Source: Planctomicrobium piriforme
Lineage (GTDB): Bacteria > Planctomycetota > Planctomycetia > Pirellulales > UBA1268
Assembly: GCA_945869735.1 (NCBI GenBank)
Contig: CAMBPQ010000013.1
Span: 155-64,154 of the forward strand
DNA: 64,000 bases
Reading direction: 5' to 3'
The notes below the pieces were generated by a model. It did no database searches and was not told where the DNA came from. It saw nothing but the letters and a program-made list of their open reading frames with translations. Of this stretch, positions 9,875 through 24,334 are shown piece after piece. Every line of letters starts with the position of its first letter. Position 1 is the first letter of the stretch. The position numbers and the translations under genes were made by a program.

Positions 9875-11326
9875 TCACGCCGCTTCAGGGATCATGGAGG
9901 ATTCGGTGTCGATCGCCGTGAGCAACTGGCCGGCCGTGTGGGTCCAGGGCGTTGGCACGAACGACTCGTGGATCAACCGCTCCCGCTCGCCGACCCAGGC
10001 GGGGTCGTGCAGGGCACGGTCCAGGAGGCCCACGAGCCCTTGAGGGTCGCGTGGATCGAAGAACTCCGGCAGCGTGCGGCTGATCTCGAGAATGCTCGCC
10101 GCATGAGAGGCGAGGCAGAGTTTGCCGTGGCCGAGGCTCTCGGCCACGGGCAGTCCCCAGCCCTCGTATCGTGAGGGATAGATCGTGGCCACGCAGTGAG
10201 CGTAATACCAGGAGAGTTCGCGGTCGTCGATGCTCTGGAGAATATGGATCCGGCCATTCACCGCCCGATCGTGGCGGATTTCATGCAGCAGGTCATCGAC
10301 ATAGAGATGTGGCGTGCCGATGCACAAGAGGTCGGGGCAGGCGTCGGGATCGCGGGCGGCGAGCACGCTCCAGGCGTCGTAGAGCAGGCGATGATTCTTC
10401 CGGACGTCGAGCGTCGAGACGCAGACGAAAAAGGGGCGTGCCGGCACGAACCGCGGCAGTGGTGCCTCCGGGCCAGTCGCTTCGGTGGCGCTGAGCACAT
10501 CGCCGAGTCTTACGACCGAGAGTGGCGGCGGATCGAATTGACATTCATGGCAGTAGCGTTCGATCTCACGCTTTGAGAACTCGGAGATCGTGAAGACATG
10601 GTCAGATTCGGTGAGGACATTGCGGGCCCAGAGCGTGAACTCACGGGTGTGCACGGGGGCGACCCACTGAGGCTGGATGGCCGGGATCAGGTCGTAGATC
10701 ATCCGCAGCACGCGGATGCCCCGGTGTCGCGCCGCCGCGGCGGCGGTGGCATGGCCCGGCATGGACCAGGTGCAGCCGAGCGAGAGAAGGACGTCGCCGG
10801 GGGCGAATGGGCCTTCGCCACCGGGCGGTACGGGGGGGATGGGTGCCGTGGTGCCCGCCGGTAGACCCGTGACGCTTGGCGATGGTGGGGACGTCAGGTC
10901 CGGCGGCGACCATCTCGTCCGAGCCCAGCGGGCCGCATGCCGCCGCAGATTTCGCCCCGCGATCTTGAACTGCCGCAACGCGGCCCGCAGGTCGTCGGCC
11001 GCCGGTGCCGTCCCGAACAGCGTTGTTCGAGAGAGCCACCGCTTTTTGGCTACCACCGACTCACCTGTCCGCTGCGGCTTACCTGTTTGCTGCGATCCGG
11101 GCAGGTCCGTTTCCGCCGCCGCGTTGATGTGGCTGCGAACCGACGCCGGCAGAGCCGCGATGTTTAGCGGGACAAACTCACCGCGACGTAGATCGAAGTG
11201 CACGATCTTGAGGGCAATGCCCTGCCCGAGCAGCCCATTCAGGATGCCGACGGTCGTCCGCTGGATGCCCGTCAGTTGTAGCCGATTCCAATGGGTCAGG
11301 CCGGTGACGTCGTACCAGATGTTCAC
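9875..11326 (-). CDS. GT4 glycosyltransferase (mannosyl/rhamnosyltransferase-like)
   Basis: IWYDVT...TGIQR, IYDLIP, VSTLDVRKNH, YPSRYEGWGLPVAESL; GTG start. Confidence 0.9.
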   Translation of the reverse strand: MNIWYDVTGLTHWNRLQLTGIQRTTVGILNGLLGQGIALKIVHFDLRRGEFVPLNIAALPASVRSHINAAAETDLPGSQQTGKPQRTGESVVAKKRWLSRTTLFGTAPAADDLRAALRQFKIAGRNLRRHAARWARTRWSPPDLTSPPSPSVTGLPAGTTAPIPPVPPGGEGPFAPGDVLLSLGCTWSMPGHATAAAAARHRGIRVLRMIYDLIPAIQPQWVAPVHTREFTLWARNVLTESDHVFTISEFSKREIERYCHECQFDPPPLSVVRLGDVLSATEATGPEAPLPRFVPARPFFVCVSTLDVRKNHRLLYDAWSVLAARDPDACPDLLCIGTPHLYVDDLLHEIRHDRAVNGRIHILQSIDDRELSWYYAHCVATIYPSRYEGWGLPVAESLGHGKLCLASHAASILEISRTLPEFFDPRDPQGLVGLLDRALHDPAWVGERERLIHESFVPTPWTHTAGQLLTAIDTESSMIPEAA

Positions 11327-11355
11327 GGCGGATCCTTTCGGTCGGCGGGCGGCCG

Positions 11356-12096
11356 CTAGCCGGCCTTGCGTTGACTCGCCAGAAAATGGCCGTGCATGAG
11401 CTGGAAGCCATCGGTGACGTTGGCGGGGTACGAGAGCGGCCCGCGTAGCGCCGGCTCCTCGCGACGGTAGTAGTAGCGGTTGAGCCCGTCGAAGAGGGCG
11501 AACTCGTAGCCATGCTCGAAGAGCAGCCCCTCCCACTCGTACCATGACGGTTCGAAGGAATAGGGATCCGAACCGGGCAGCTTCGGCTTGATCGCCTCGA
11601 GCAGGATCACGCGGGGACGAAAGGACCGCCAGTCGCCCCCGAGCAGCACGTCCCGCTCGGCCCCTTCCACGTCAATCTTTAGGAACTGCACGTCCTGGCC
11701 GTCGAGCTGCCTCGTGATCTCGGCGAGCGTCGTCATGGGGACGGTTCGGGTCGTGCGGGCGAAGCCCATGCCGGCCACGACTTTGGCATCGAACATCTCG
11801 CGGATCGTGGATAGGCCGGAGTCGCCCCATTCCTGGAACTCGACCGTGCCGATGGCGGTGCCGACGCAGACATTGAGGTTCCAGTCGCGGGGCCGCTCGG
11901 CCACAAACTTCTGATAAAACCGCTCGACAGGCTCGACATTCACCCCCGACCAGCCGTGGTCGTAGAAGTGCTTTGTGACCGAGTCGATCGTCGGGTCGAA
12001 TGCGCCGATGTCGATGTAGCGGCCGTTGGCCACGTCGTGAAACACCCGATTGAGGATCACGTCCTCGAAGTTCTGGGCATACGAGATCATGGTCAT
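11356..12096 (-). CDS. FkbM family methyltransferase
   Basis: ISYAQNFEDV, YIDIGA, GWSGVNVEP, FLKIDVEGAE. Confidence 0.92.
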   Translation of the reverse strand: MTMISYAQNFEDVILNRVFHDVANGRYIDIGAFDPTIDSVTKHFYDHGWSGVNVEPVERFYQKFVAERPRDWNLNVCVGTAIGTVEFQEWGDSGLSTIREMFDAKVVAGMGFARTTRTVPMTTLAEITRQLDGQDVQFLKIDVEGAERDVLLGGDWRSFRPRVILLEAIKPKLPGSDPYSFEPSWYEWEGLLFEHGYEFALFDGLNRYYYRREEPALRGPLSYPANVTDGFQLMHGHFLASQRKAG

Positions 12097-12119
12097 CGGT
12101 GAGGTCCCCTTGGCGACAT

Positions 12120-13151
<1,032 letters not shown>

Positions 13152-13263
13152 GAAGCCTCCTGGGACACGCTGGTCATCCGCGACGCCTCGGAAGATGGGC
13201 TGCCTGCGGACAACGGATCGGGGGAGAAGGTAGCAGGAGCGGGGAGGCCCAGGAATGCCATTT

Positions 13264-14388
13264 TCAGGCTGTGTTTCCGGCCAGAGCCGACTCGTAGGCC
13301 CGCAGATAGCCGCGGGCCGTCTCCGCCCAGGAGTAGCCGGCGGCGTGGGCCCGGACACGGTCGGCGAATCCGGGGTCGCCACGCTGGGCCGCCATGCCCG
13401 CGTCATAGGCCGCCGCCATCGCCGCCGGGTCGAACGAATCGAAGTAAAAACCGTTCTCGGCGGCAATCTCCGGGAGGCACGTCGTCCGAGAAAGAAAGAC
13501 CGGCTTGCCGCACTGCATCGCCTCGAGCACAGGGAATCCAAAGCCCTCAGTGAGCGATGGAAACAGGAACGCCTCGCAGTGTTCGTAGAGCCATTGGCGA
13601 TCGGCGTCGGAGACTTCACCCGTCAGAATCGCCCGGCCCTCGAGTCCCCGGCGAATGATCTCGCGAGCGAGAAAGTCTCCGTAGGGGGTCGCCTTCTTGC
13701 CGGCGATGACCAGCCGCCGCCCGGGCAGGCGATCGAGCAGGTCGAAGAGCACATGAAAGTTCTTGTGGGCCAGGCAGTTGCCCACGGAAAGCACGAAGGG
13801 GCCGTCGGCCAGAAAGCCTGGTCGCGTGGTCGCCGAGGGGGACGGGTCAGCCAGTCCGAGTGGAACGACATGCACGGGCCGGTCACCCAAATTCAGATGT
13901 GCCCGCACGTCGTTGGCGACGTAGTGCGAATCAGTGACGATCACGCTGGCACGATCGACCTTCGCCTGGATGTCGGCGAGTTTCCTTTCGATCTTCCGTA
14001 GTTGTTCGTCGTGCGGGGTCTCATGGAGAAACGTGAGGTCGTGAATGGTGAGCACGACCGGCACGCGGTCGTCGAGCGGCAGATATTTCGACATCTGATT
14101 GGTGGTGTGCCAGAGATCGATCAGCGCCGGCGGCAGGAAGGGCCGGACGAACGGCCGCAGCGGCCGCAGAAAAACCTCTTTTTTCCACGAGCTGACGGCG
14201 ATGCGATCGAAGCCGCCCGCGGGAAAGTAGCGATCGGTATCGGGGCGCAGGAAGAAGACAGGCTCAAACCGACCGGGTGCCAGTCGCAGCAGTTCCTGCC
14301 CGAGATGCATTGAAAATCGGCCGAGTCCACAGTTGATGTGCCGCAGCTTCTCGAGGTCGATGACGATGCGGGGCGGGCGATCGGGCAT
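13264..14388 (-). CDS. GT4 glycosyltransferase
   Basis: [37 protein letters not shown]. Confidence 0.92.
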   Translation of the reverse strand: MPDRPPRIVIDLEKLRHINCGLGRFSMHLGQELLRLAPGRFEPVFFLRPDTDRYFPAGGFDRIAVSSWKKEVFLRPLRPFVRPFLPPALIDLWHTTNQMSKYLPLDDRVPVVLTIHDLTFLHETPHDEQLRKIERKLADIQAKVDRASVIVTDSHYVANDVRAHLNLGDRPVHVVPLGLADPSPSATTRPGFLADGPFVLSVGNCLAHKNFHVLFDLLDRLPGRRLVIAGKKATPYGDFLAREIIRRGLEGRAILTGEVSDADRQWLYEHCEAFLFPSLTEGFGFPVLEAMQCGKPVFLSRTTCLPEIAAENGFYFDSFDPAAMAAAYDAGMAAQRGDPGFADRVRAHAAGYSWAETARGYLRAYESALAGNTA

Positions 14389-14560
14389 GTTGAATCCGGG
14401 GTCTGGAATCTCCATCTTTGCGGGTGACCTCGCCGCTGCACAACCCGGTGACGATCCGCGGGCGGCCGTCACCCCTCTTAAGTGGTGGCTGCGATGGATG
14501 ATATTCTCGTGTGGACGGCGTTGCCGCCCACCAGACCGTGCCATCCACTGGGAACCTTCC

Positions 14561-15316
14561 ATGACTCGTCTCATGCTTGCCGTGTCGGTTGTGCTCCTCG
14601 CGCTGCGTCTCGAGGCTGTAGAACCGGCCGGAATCCCCGTTGCCCCCGTCCCCGGATGGCGGAGCCTCTTTAACGGACGCGACCTGACGGGCTGGGACGG
14701 CGATCCGCGGATGTGGAGCGTGCGTGACGGGGTGATCCACGGCGAGACCACCGCCGACGTGAAGGCCGAAGGCAACACCTTTCTGATTTGCAAGGACGCC
14801 ACGGTGCGCAACTTCGAGTTGAAGCTTTCGTTTCGCTGCGGTTCCACTAACAACTCGGGTATCCAATACCGGTCGAAGCATATCCCCGCCGCGGCGGACA
14901 AGTCCCAGAAGGCCTGGGTGGTCCGTGGTTACCAGCACGAACTGCGAAACGAGTCGAAGCTGCCCAACGTCGCCGGCTTCATCTATGACGAAGGGGGCAA
15001 GCGGGGCCGCATCTGTCTCGTGGGTGAGCAGGCCGAGTGGACCGACGGTGCGAAGAAGGTGACCGGCCAGCTCATCGACGCTGAAGCCTTCGCGAAGCTC
15101 TTCAAGCTCGACGACTGGAACGAGGTTCGCATCGTCGCCGATGGGAATCACCTGCGTCACTTCATGAACGACGTGCCGACGCTCGACTTCACCGACGCCC
15201 CCGATCTCGCCCTGCGTGAAGGCATTATTGCGCTTCAGTTGCACGCAGGCGACCCGATGTGGGTCGAGTTCAAGAACATCTCGCTCCGCGCAACCGACGC
15301 CCCCCACGGGAACTGA
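14561..15316 (+). CDS. DUF1080 (3-keto-disaccharide hydrolase-like) secreted protein
   Basis: Signal peptide; SLFNGRDLTGW, NNSGIQYRS, WNEVRI, GIIALQLHAG, VEFKNI. Confidence 0.92.
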   Translation: MTRLMLAVSVVLLALRLEAVEPAGIPVAPVPGWRSLFNGRDLTGWDGDPRMWSVRDGVIHGETTADVKAEGNTFLICKDATVRNFELKLSFRCGSTNNSGIQYRSKHIPAAADKSQKAWVVRGYQHELRNESKLPNVAGFIYDEGGKRGRICLVGEQAEWTDGAKKVTGQLIDAEAFAKLFKLDDWNEVRIVADGNHLRHFMNDVPTLDFTDAPDLALREGIIALQLHAGDPMWVEFKNISLRATDAPHGN

Positions 15317-15325
15317 ACCTGGCGG

Positions 15326-15430
15326 TAGGTGGAGCGGAGCGGATGGGGGTAGAGAGCGTGTTCCGCGCGTTTGCGCTTGGGGCTTCCTGACGGGAGGCGG
15401 CGAGGAGGCCCTCAGGAAGCCCGGAGCGCG
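15326..15430 (-). repeat. Partial copy of the dispersed repeat, with hairpin GGGCTTCCTGA...TCAGGAAGCCC
   Basis: GCTTGGGGCTTCCTGACGGGAGGC matches the reverse complement of 701-724 and the copy at about 54222-54242. Confidence 0.55.
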
Positions 15431-15611
15431 AGCGATGGGTATGCGGGTGGCGACCGTGGGAACCCTGCGCATCGCGGTCGTTGGGCCACAAGTCCGCCTG
15501 ACGCAGCCACGCAGAACAGTGATGTTCACAAACGGCCGCGGCGAGGCTGCCGGCGCTCAGCACGCCGCTAAAAATGAGGGCCGCAAGCGGCGTGGCGTGA
15601 TTTTTTGAGTT

Positions 15612-15627
15612 TGGCACGCTGAGTGCA
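15612..15627 (+). promoter_or_regulatory. Putative sigma-54 (-24/-12) promoter
   Basis: TGGCACG-CTGA-GTGCA with exact GG-N10-GC spacing, in a long intergenic region upstream of a PEP-CTERM gene. Confidence 0.55.
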
Positions 15628-16123
15628 TATGTATTCCGGCGAAGGCAGGACGTCGTGTCCTGCTGATGCCGGCCCAGGGCTGGCTCCGTGCCCCGCACTG
15701 ATTTTGAGGTGTCCCATGATGGTCGTCGCACATGGCATTACGTCGGAAGAGGTGGTTTGGACCCGCAGATAGCCTTTTCTCGGCTCGTGCTGCGGTGTTC
15801 CCTGTCCTCGCAGTGTTGGATAGCAGTGTTGCCGCCGGCGCTTGTGCATCGGCGATCCCCGAGATGCCTGTCTCACCATTTTGGTGAGACGGTCACCAAT
15901 CCAGTGATGACCAGTTTATGAGCCCGAAAAATCCACAAATCACGTTGATTTCCAGGGATTCCCGAGTTTCGGGGGTCTTTCGGTGGTCTGGGGCAGCAGG
16001 TCAGGGCGTTCGTTCCGCCCGGACGGGCCGTCGAGTGGTTCGTTCCCGTTCGTTCTTCGTTCTTCAACCAACCTCTGGTCCGGCGTTTCCAACCGTCTGG
16101 CCCAGTCTGAAAGGATCCGTCTC

Positions 16124-16864
16124 ATGAACAGCCCGCTCTCCGTCCTCGTTCGCAGCGTCGGCACGATCGCCGCGCTAGCGGCAGTGCTCTTTTGCTCGCT
16201 GACTGCCCAAGCCGCGGTCGTCACGGTCTACAGCAATCCCTACGCGGAGGTCGCCACGACCAACTCGCAAATCTCGGGGTCGAACTTCTTCGCCACGGGT
16301 TTCACGACCAGCGCGGATAGCAGTCTGCTGACGCTCAAGTCGATTGATCTGGCTCTGGCGTCTTCGGGAACGTCGTCGATGCCCATCGTCCAATTGTTCT
16401 CGGGCGACAGTATGCCCACGTCGCTCATCGGTAACTTCACCGTGTCGCCGTTCACGAACTTGACTCCGGCATCGATGAACCTGGCCTATGGGGCCGGAAC
16501 CGTCCAACTCGCGCCGCAAACGACCTATTGGATCGTGGCCTCGGCGTCGGCAGGTGATGCATATGGCTGGTACATCGCCGACTCCAACCCGGCTGCCCAA
16601 AACAGTTCCGGTTACAACTTCGTCGGTGGTGCCACATCGACAAATGGCGGCTCAACATACTCACACAGTAACGCCGCCGGCGCGAGCCAGGTCGCGGTGA
16701 ATGTCGAGACCGTGGTCGCGATGAATGTCGAGACCGTGCCTGAGCCATCCACGCTTGTCCTCGCCGGTGTCGGCCTGACAACAGCGGTGATGATCGGCGG
16801 GGTGCGGCGGAAGAAGCAGTCCCGGCATGGGCAGGCCGGACTCCCGCACCTCGGTAGGGCTTGA
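16124..16864 (+). CDS. PEP-CTERM protein (choice-of-anchor R-like domain)
   Basis: Signal peptide ending AQA; Ser/Thr-rich body with ATGFTT and LAPQTTYWIVA; VPEPST, then a transmembrane helix, then RRKK. Confidence 0.92.
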   Translation: MNSPLSVLVRSVGTIAALAAVLFCSLTAQAAVVTVYSNPYAEVATTNSQISGSNFFATGFTTSADSSLLTLKSIDLALASSGTSSMPIVQLFSGDSMPTSLIGNFTVSPFTNLTPASMNLAYGAGTVQLAPQTTYWIVASASAGDAYGWYIADSNPAAQNSSGYNFVGGATSTNGGSTYSHSNAAGASQVAVNVETVVAMNVETVPEPSTLVLAGVGLTTAVMIGGVRRKKQSRHGQAGLPHLGRA

Positions 16865-16945
16865 TCCGCCTGCGGGCCGGAAGAACGAGCCGGTCCGCAC
16901 GGCGTTGGCTGATGGTTGGAAGACGATCTCGAACGAAGAACGAAG

Positions 16946-16977
16946 GCCGCGCTGGCATCTGCCGGCGCGGCTTTTTT
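16946..16977 (+). terminator. Intrinsic terminator
   Basis: GCCGCGCTGGC-atct-GCCGGCGCGGC followed by TTTTTT. Confidence 0.75.
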
Positions 16978-17005
16978 CATGGGTTGCGACCGCGGCACCA
17001 GTGCC

Positions 17006-21351
<4,346 letters not shown>

Positions 21352-21376
21352 AGCGGATTCGGGATAGCCGGAGCGA

Positions 21377-21502
21377 CGCTTGGCATACCTGAAGGGGTAG
21401 GCGCGGGGGTCGGCAAACGCTCGAGGAGCCTTGGGCGTCTCGTCGCCCCGGCGACGAGACTTTTGCCGCCCCCGAGCCGGCGCACCACCAAAGGCAGATG
21501 CG
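21377..21502 (-). repeat. Dispersed repeat copy 2
   Basis: AAACGCTCGAGGAGCCTTGGGCG...GACTTTTGCCGCCCCCGAGCCGGCG...GGCAGATGCG is the reverse complement of the copy 1 core. Confidence 0.8.
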
Positions 21503-21526
21503 ACCGAGAGTCACTGCAGTTCACGG

Positions 21527-21985
21527 TCAGTGTCCCGTCGAACGGTGGAGCGCGGGCCCCTGGGAACGACCTGCCGACGGGGAGTGCAGCACCCGCGGGC
21601 CATCGGTGGGATAGGAGCCCGTGCCGCCTTGGTAACGGCTGCCGTGCCACCACCTCAGGTTCGTGTGTTTTGGAATGACGAGGCCGGTGTAATCGGTTCC
21701 CCACACGCCTTCGTTGATTCTTCGTTCCTCGCTCGAGCGGCTGCGCTCGCGGGCGCCGCCGCCGACGTAGTAGCCCTCCTCGTGGGGTGATTCCGTCGGT
21801 TTCGCCAGCGGTGAAATCCGCTCGGGATTGCCGGCCCGACGGAACTGGTCTCCCTGGAAATGTTTTCGCTTGGTCGCCGGACGCCCCATCGGCGGGGTTA
21901 GGTCGTGGCCACAGGCCGAAGGGAGCAACGGCCCAGCCATGATCACCGCCAGCAGCATGATTCTCCAGCACCCTGGTGTGTGCAT
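21527..21985 (-). CDS. Small secreted hypothetical protein
   Basis: Hydrophobic N-terminus; aromatic/Gly motifs GYYVGGG, GVWGTDY, WWHGSRYQGGTGSYPTDG; start may be a few codons later. Confidence 0.6.
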   Translation of the reverse strand: MHTPGCWRIMLLAVIMAGPLLPSACGHDLTPPMGRPATKRKHFQGDQFRRAGNPERISPLAKPTESPHEEGYYVGGGARERSRSSEERRINEGVWGTDYTGLVIPKHTNLRWWHGSRYQGGTGSYPTDGPRVLHSPSAGRSQGPALHRSTGH

Positions 21986-22206
21986 CCGCTAGTCCCTCTC
22001 CAGAGCCCGTTTCTTGTCCAATCAGATCCTTTGCTGAGCCGCCGTCTGTCACAGAGTCGACGCAGTGTGCCCAGTTTGTGCAGACTTCTTCCGCTATTTC
22101 GTCCAATCAGAAAGGAACTCAAAGTCAACCCGGTCCGCAACGCCGATACCTTTGTCACAGCCCGATTTATGAGCGTTTCTTGACAGGGTGTCTTATCGTC
22201 CCGGGT

Positions 22207-24330
22207 GTGATTGACCGTCGCGCGCGATCAATTCCTCGGCCGCTACCGGCCGTGAGGGTCTGCGCGATCGTGGTCGGCGGGCTTTTCGCCGTGTTGTTCT
22301 TCCATCGCGTCGAGGCCGGGGAATACCCGTTGCCGCCGCCGGGCGAGCGGTCGGAGAGCACGCTTTCGAAGCGCGGGAATACCGGCGAGATTCCGAGCAT
22401 CTTCATCCCGCCGGAATGGCCGCGGCAGCTTCCACCCATCGACGGTTCTGTCGAGACGGGTGCGGATGGCTGGCAGTTCGAAATGAATCTCCTCGAGCAG
22501 GAGTCAGCGCTCTTCGACGCAGGTGCAGCCAATACCATCCGGGACGAACAACTCCGCATCTCCCAGATCCGTGGGCCGCAGGTCCTCGCCGAGCCGGCGG
22601 AAAACCCTTACGACATGGCCGGACAGAGCCCGGTCACGGATCCTCTCAACCGCTATCCCGTCTTTCCAACGCCGGGATTCGCCGGCGCATCGAGCGTGTT
22701 GCCGAGCGAGCAGCAGGAGTCGAGCCACTTCGTGCCCATGGAGGACCGTTGGCGCATCGGATCCCCCGCATGGGACCGCTATGGCCGTGGGCATCCTCGG
22801 CTCGACGACTATCCCTATGCACTGGGCAACGCCTTCAATCCCTACACGCAGAACTTCCTCAAGGAGGATTTTCCGCTCATCGGGCAGCACACGTTCTTCG
22901 ACATGAAGGGCATCAGCCGCACGATCACGAACTTCCGGCAGGTCCCCACGCCAAACACGCCGTTCGAGTCGACGCCAACTCCGGGGCAGGAGCCATTTTT
23001 TGGCAACCCCAACGGGTTCCTGTTGCTCCAGTACTACGCGCTGGCGTTCGAACTCAATCACGGCGACAAGACGTTCAAGCCCAACGACTGGCGGATCAAG
23101 ATCGCCCCGGTCTTCAACCAGAACTACCTCGAGGTTTACGAGTATGGCGTGACGTCACCCGATGTCGAAAAGGGCCGGCGACGCTATCGGGGGTTTGCCT
23201 CGCTCGAGGAGTGGTTCCTCGAGGTCAAACTCGCCGACCTCAGTCCGGACTACGATTTTATGTCGGTACGGGGGGGGTCACAGCCCTTTACGAGCGACTT
23301 TCGGGGCCTGATCTTCAGCGATTTGAACCGTGCCATCCGGCTCTTCGGCACGCAGTTCTCCAACCGTGATCAGTTCAATGTGATCATCTTCGACCAACGG
23401 GAGAAAGACACCAACAGCTTCCTCAACTCGTTTGACGACCGCGGTCAGAACATTCTCATTGCCAACTACTACCGGCAGGACTTCATCTGGCCGGGCCACA
23501 CGGTGCAGACCAGTTTTCACTACGACTACGACCAGGCGCAGATCAAGTACGACAAGAACGGATTCCTCGTGCGTCCTGACCCGGTTGGCCTCGCTGAGCC
23601 GCACGAGGTCAACGCCTGCTATTTCGGAGTTGCCAACGATGGCCACATCAACGAGCTCAATATCTCGAGCCACTTCTACTACGTGCTCGGGCACGACACG
23701 CTCAACCCGCAGGCGCTGCAGCCGGTGGACATCGGCGCGACTATGGCGGCCGTCGAGCTCTCCTATTCGCCCGACTGGATCCGCTTCCGAAGCTCATTCT
23801 TCTTCGCTTCCGGCGACAACGACATCAACGACAATAAGGCCGGTGGCTTCGACGGCATCATCGACAACCCACAGTTCGCAGGTGGCGAGTTCAGCTTCTG
23901 GGTGCGGCAGCAGATCAAGCTGCTGGGTACCAACCTCAAGAACCTGCTGAGCATCTATCCCGACCTCCGCGCCAGCAACAAGTTTCAGTCCCAGGCCAAC
24001 TTCGTGAATCCCGGCTTGCAGCTCTACAATGTCGGCGTGGACTTCGAACTGACCCAGCGAACAAGGCTGATCACCAACTGTAATTTTCTCTTCTTCGACA
24101 CGACGGACGTGCTCGAGTCGTTCGTGTTTCAGGACAACATCTCGCGTTCCATCGGCACCGACCTCAGCGTGGGCTTCGAATCCCGCCCGCTCCTCAACAA
24201 CAACTGGATTTTCCGGGCGGGCGTCTCGGGCCTGCTCGTCGGCGAGGGGTTTCAGCAGCTCTACGGCAACCTGGACAACAACGTGCAAAATCTGTTCGCG
24301 GCATTCACCGACCTCGAAATGGCGTTCTGA
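22207..24330 (+). CDS. Probable outer-membrane beta-barrel protein
   Basis: Signal-like segment ending VEA; Pro-rich N-terminal region; many alternating aromatic/hydrophobic strands; terminal Phe (TDLEMAF); start uncertain (22207-22270). Confidence 0.7.
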   Translation: MIDRRARSIPRPLPAVRVCAIVVGGLFAVLFFHRVEAGEYPLPPPGERSESTLSKRGNTGEIPSIFIPPEWPRQLPPIDGSVETGADGWQFEMNLLEQESALFDAGAANTIRDEQLRISQIRGPQVLAEPAENPYDMAGQSPVTDPLNRYPVFPTPGFAGASSVLPSEQQESSHFVPMEDRWRIGSPAWDRYGRGHPRLDDYPYALGNAFNPYTQNFLKEDFPLIGQHTFFDMKGISRTITNFRQVPTPNTPFESTPTPGQEPFFGNPNGFLLLQYYALAFELNHGDKTFKPNDWRIKIAPVFNQNYLEVYEYGVTSPDVEKGRRRYRGFASLEEWFLEVKLADLSPDYDFMSVRGGSQPFTSDFRGLIFSDLNRAIRLFGTQFSNRDQFNVIIFDQREKDTNSFLNSFDDRGQNILIANYYRQDFIWPGHTVQTSFHYDYDQAQIKYDKNGFLVRPDPVGLAEPHEVNACYFGVANDGHINELNISSHFYYVLGHDTLNPQALQPVDIGATMAAVELSYSPDWIRFRSSFFFASGDNDINDNKAGGFDGIIDNPQFAGGEFSFWVRQQIKLLGTNLKNLLSIYPDLRASNKFQSQANFVNPGLQLYNVGVDFELTQRTRLITNCNFLFFDTTDVLESFVFQDNISRSIGTDLSVGFESRPLLNNNWIFRAGVSGLLVGEGFQQLYGNLDNNVQNLFAAFTDLEMAF

Positions 24331-24334
24331 TCCG

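Noticed and set aside
13152-13619. Long N-terminal extensions on gmd and on other ORFs (to 14901, 47644, 11545)
   Set aside because: They overlap neighbouring genes; family motifs start at later start codons
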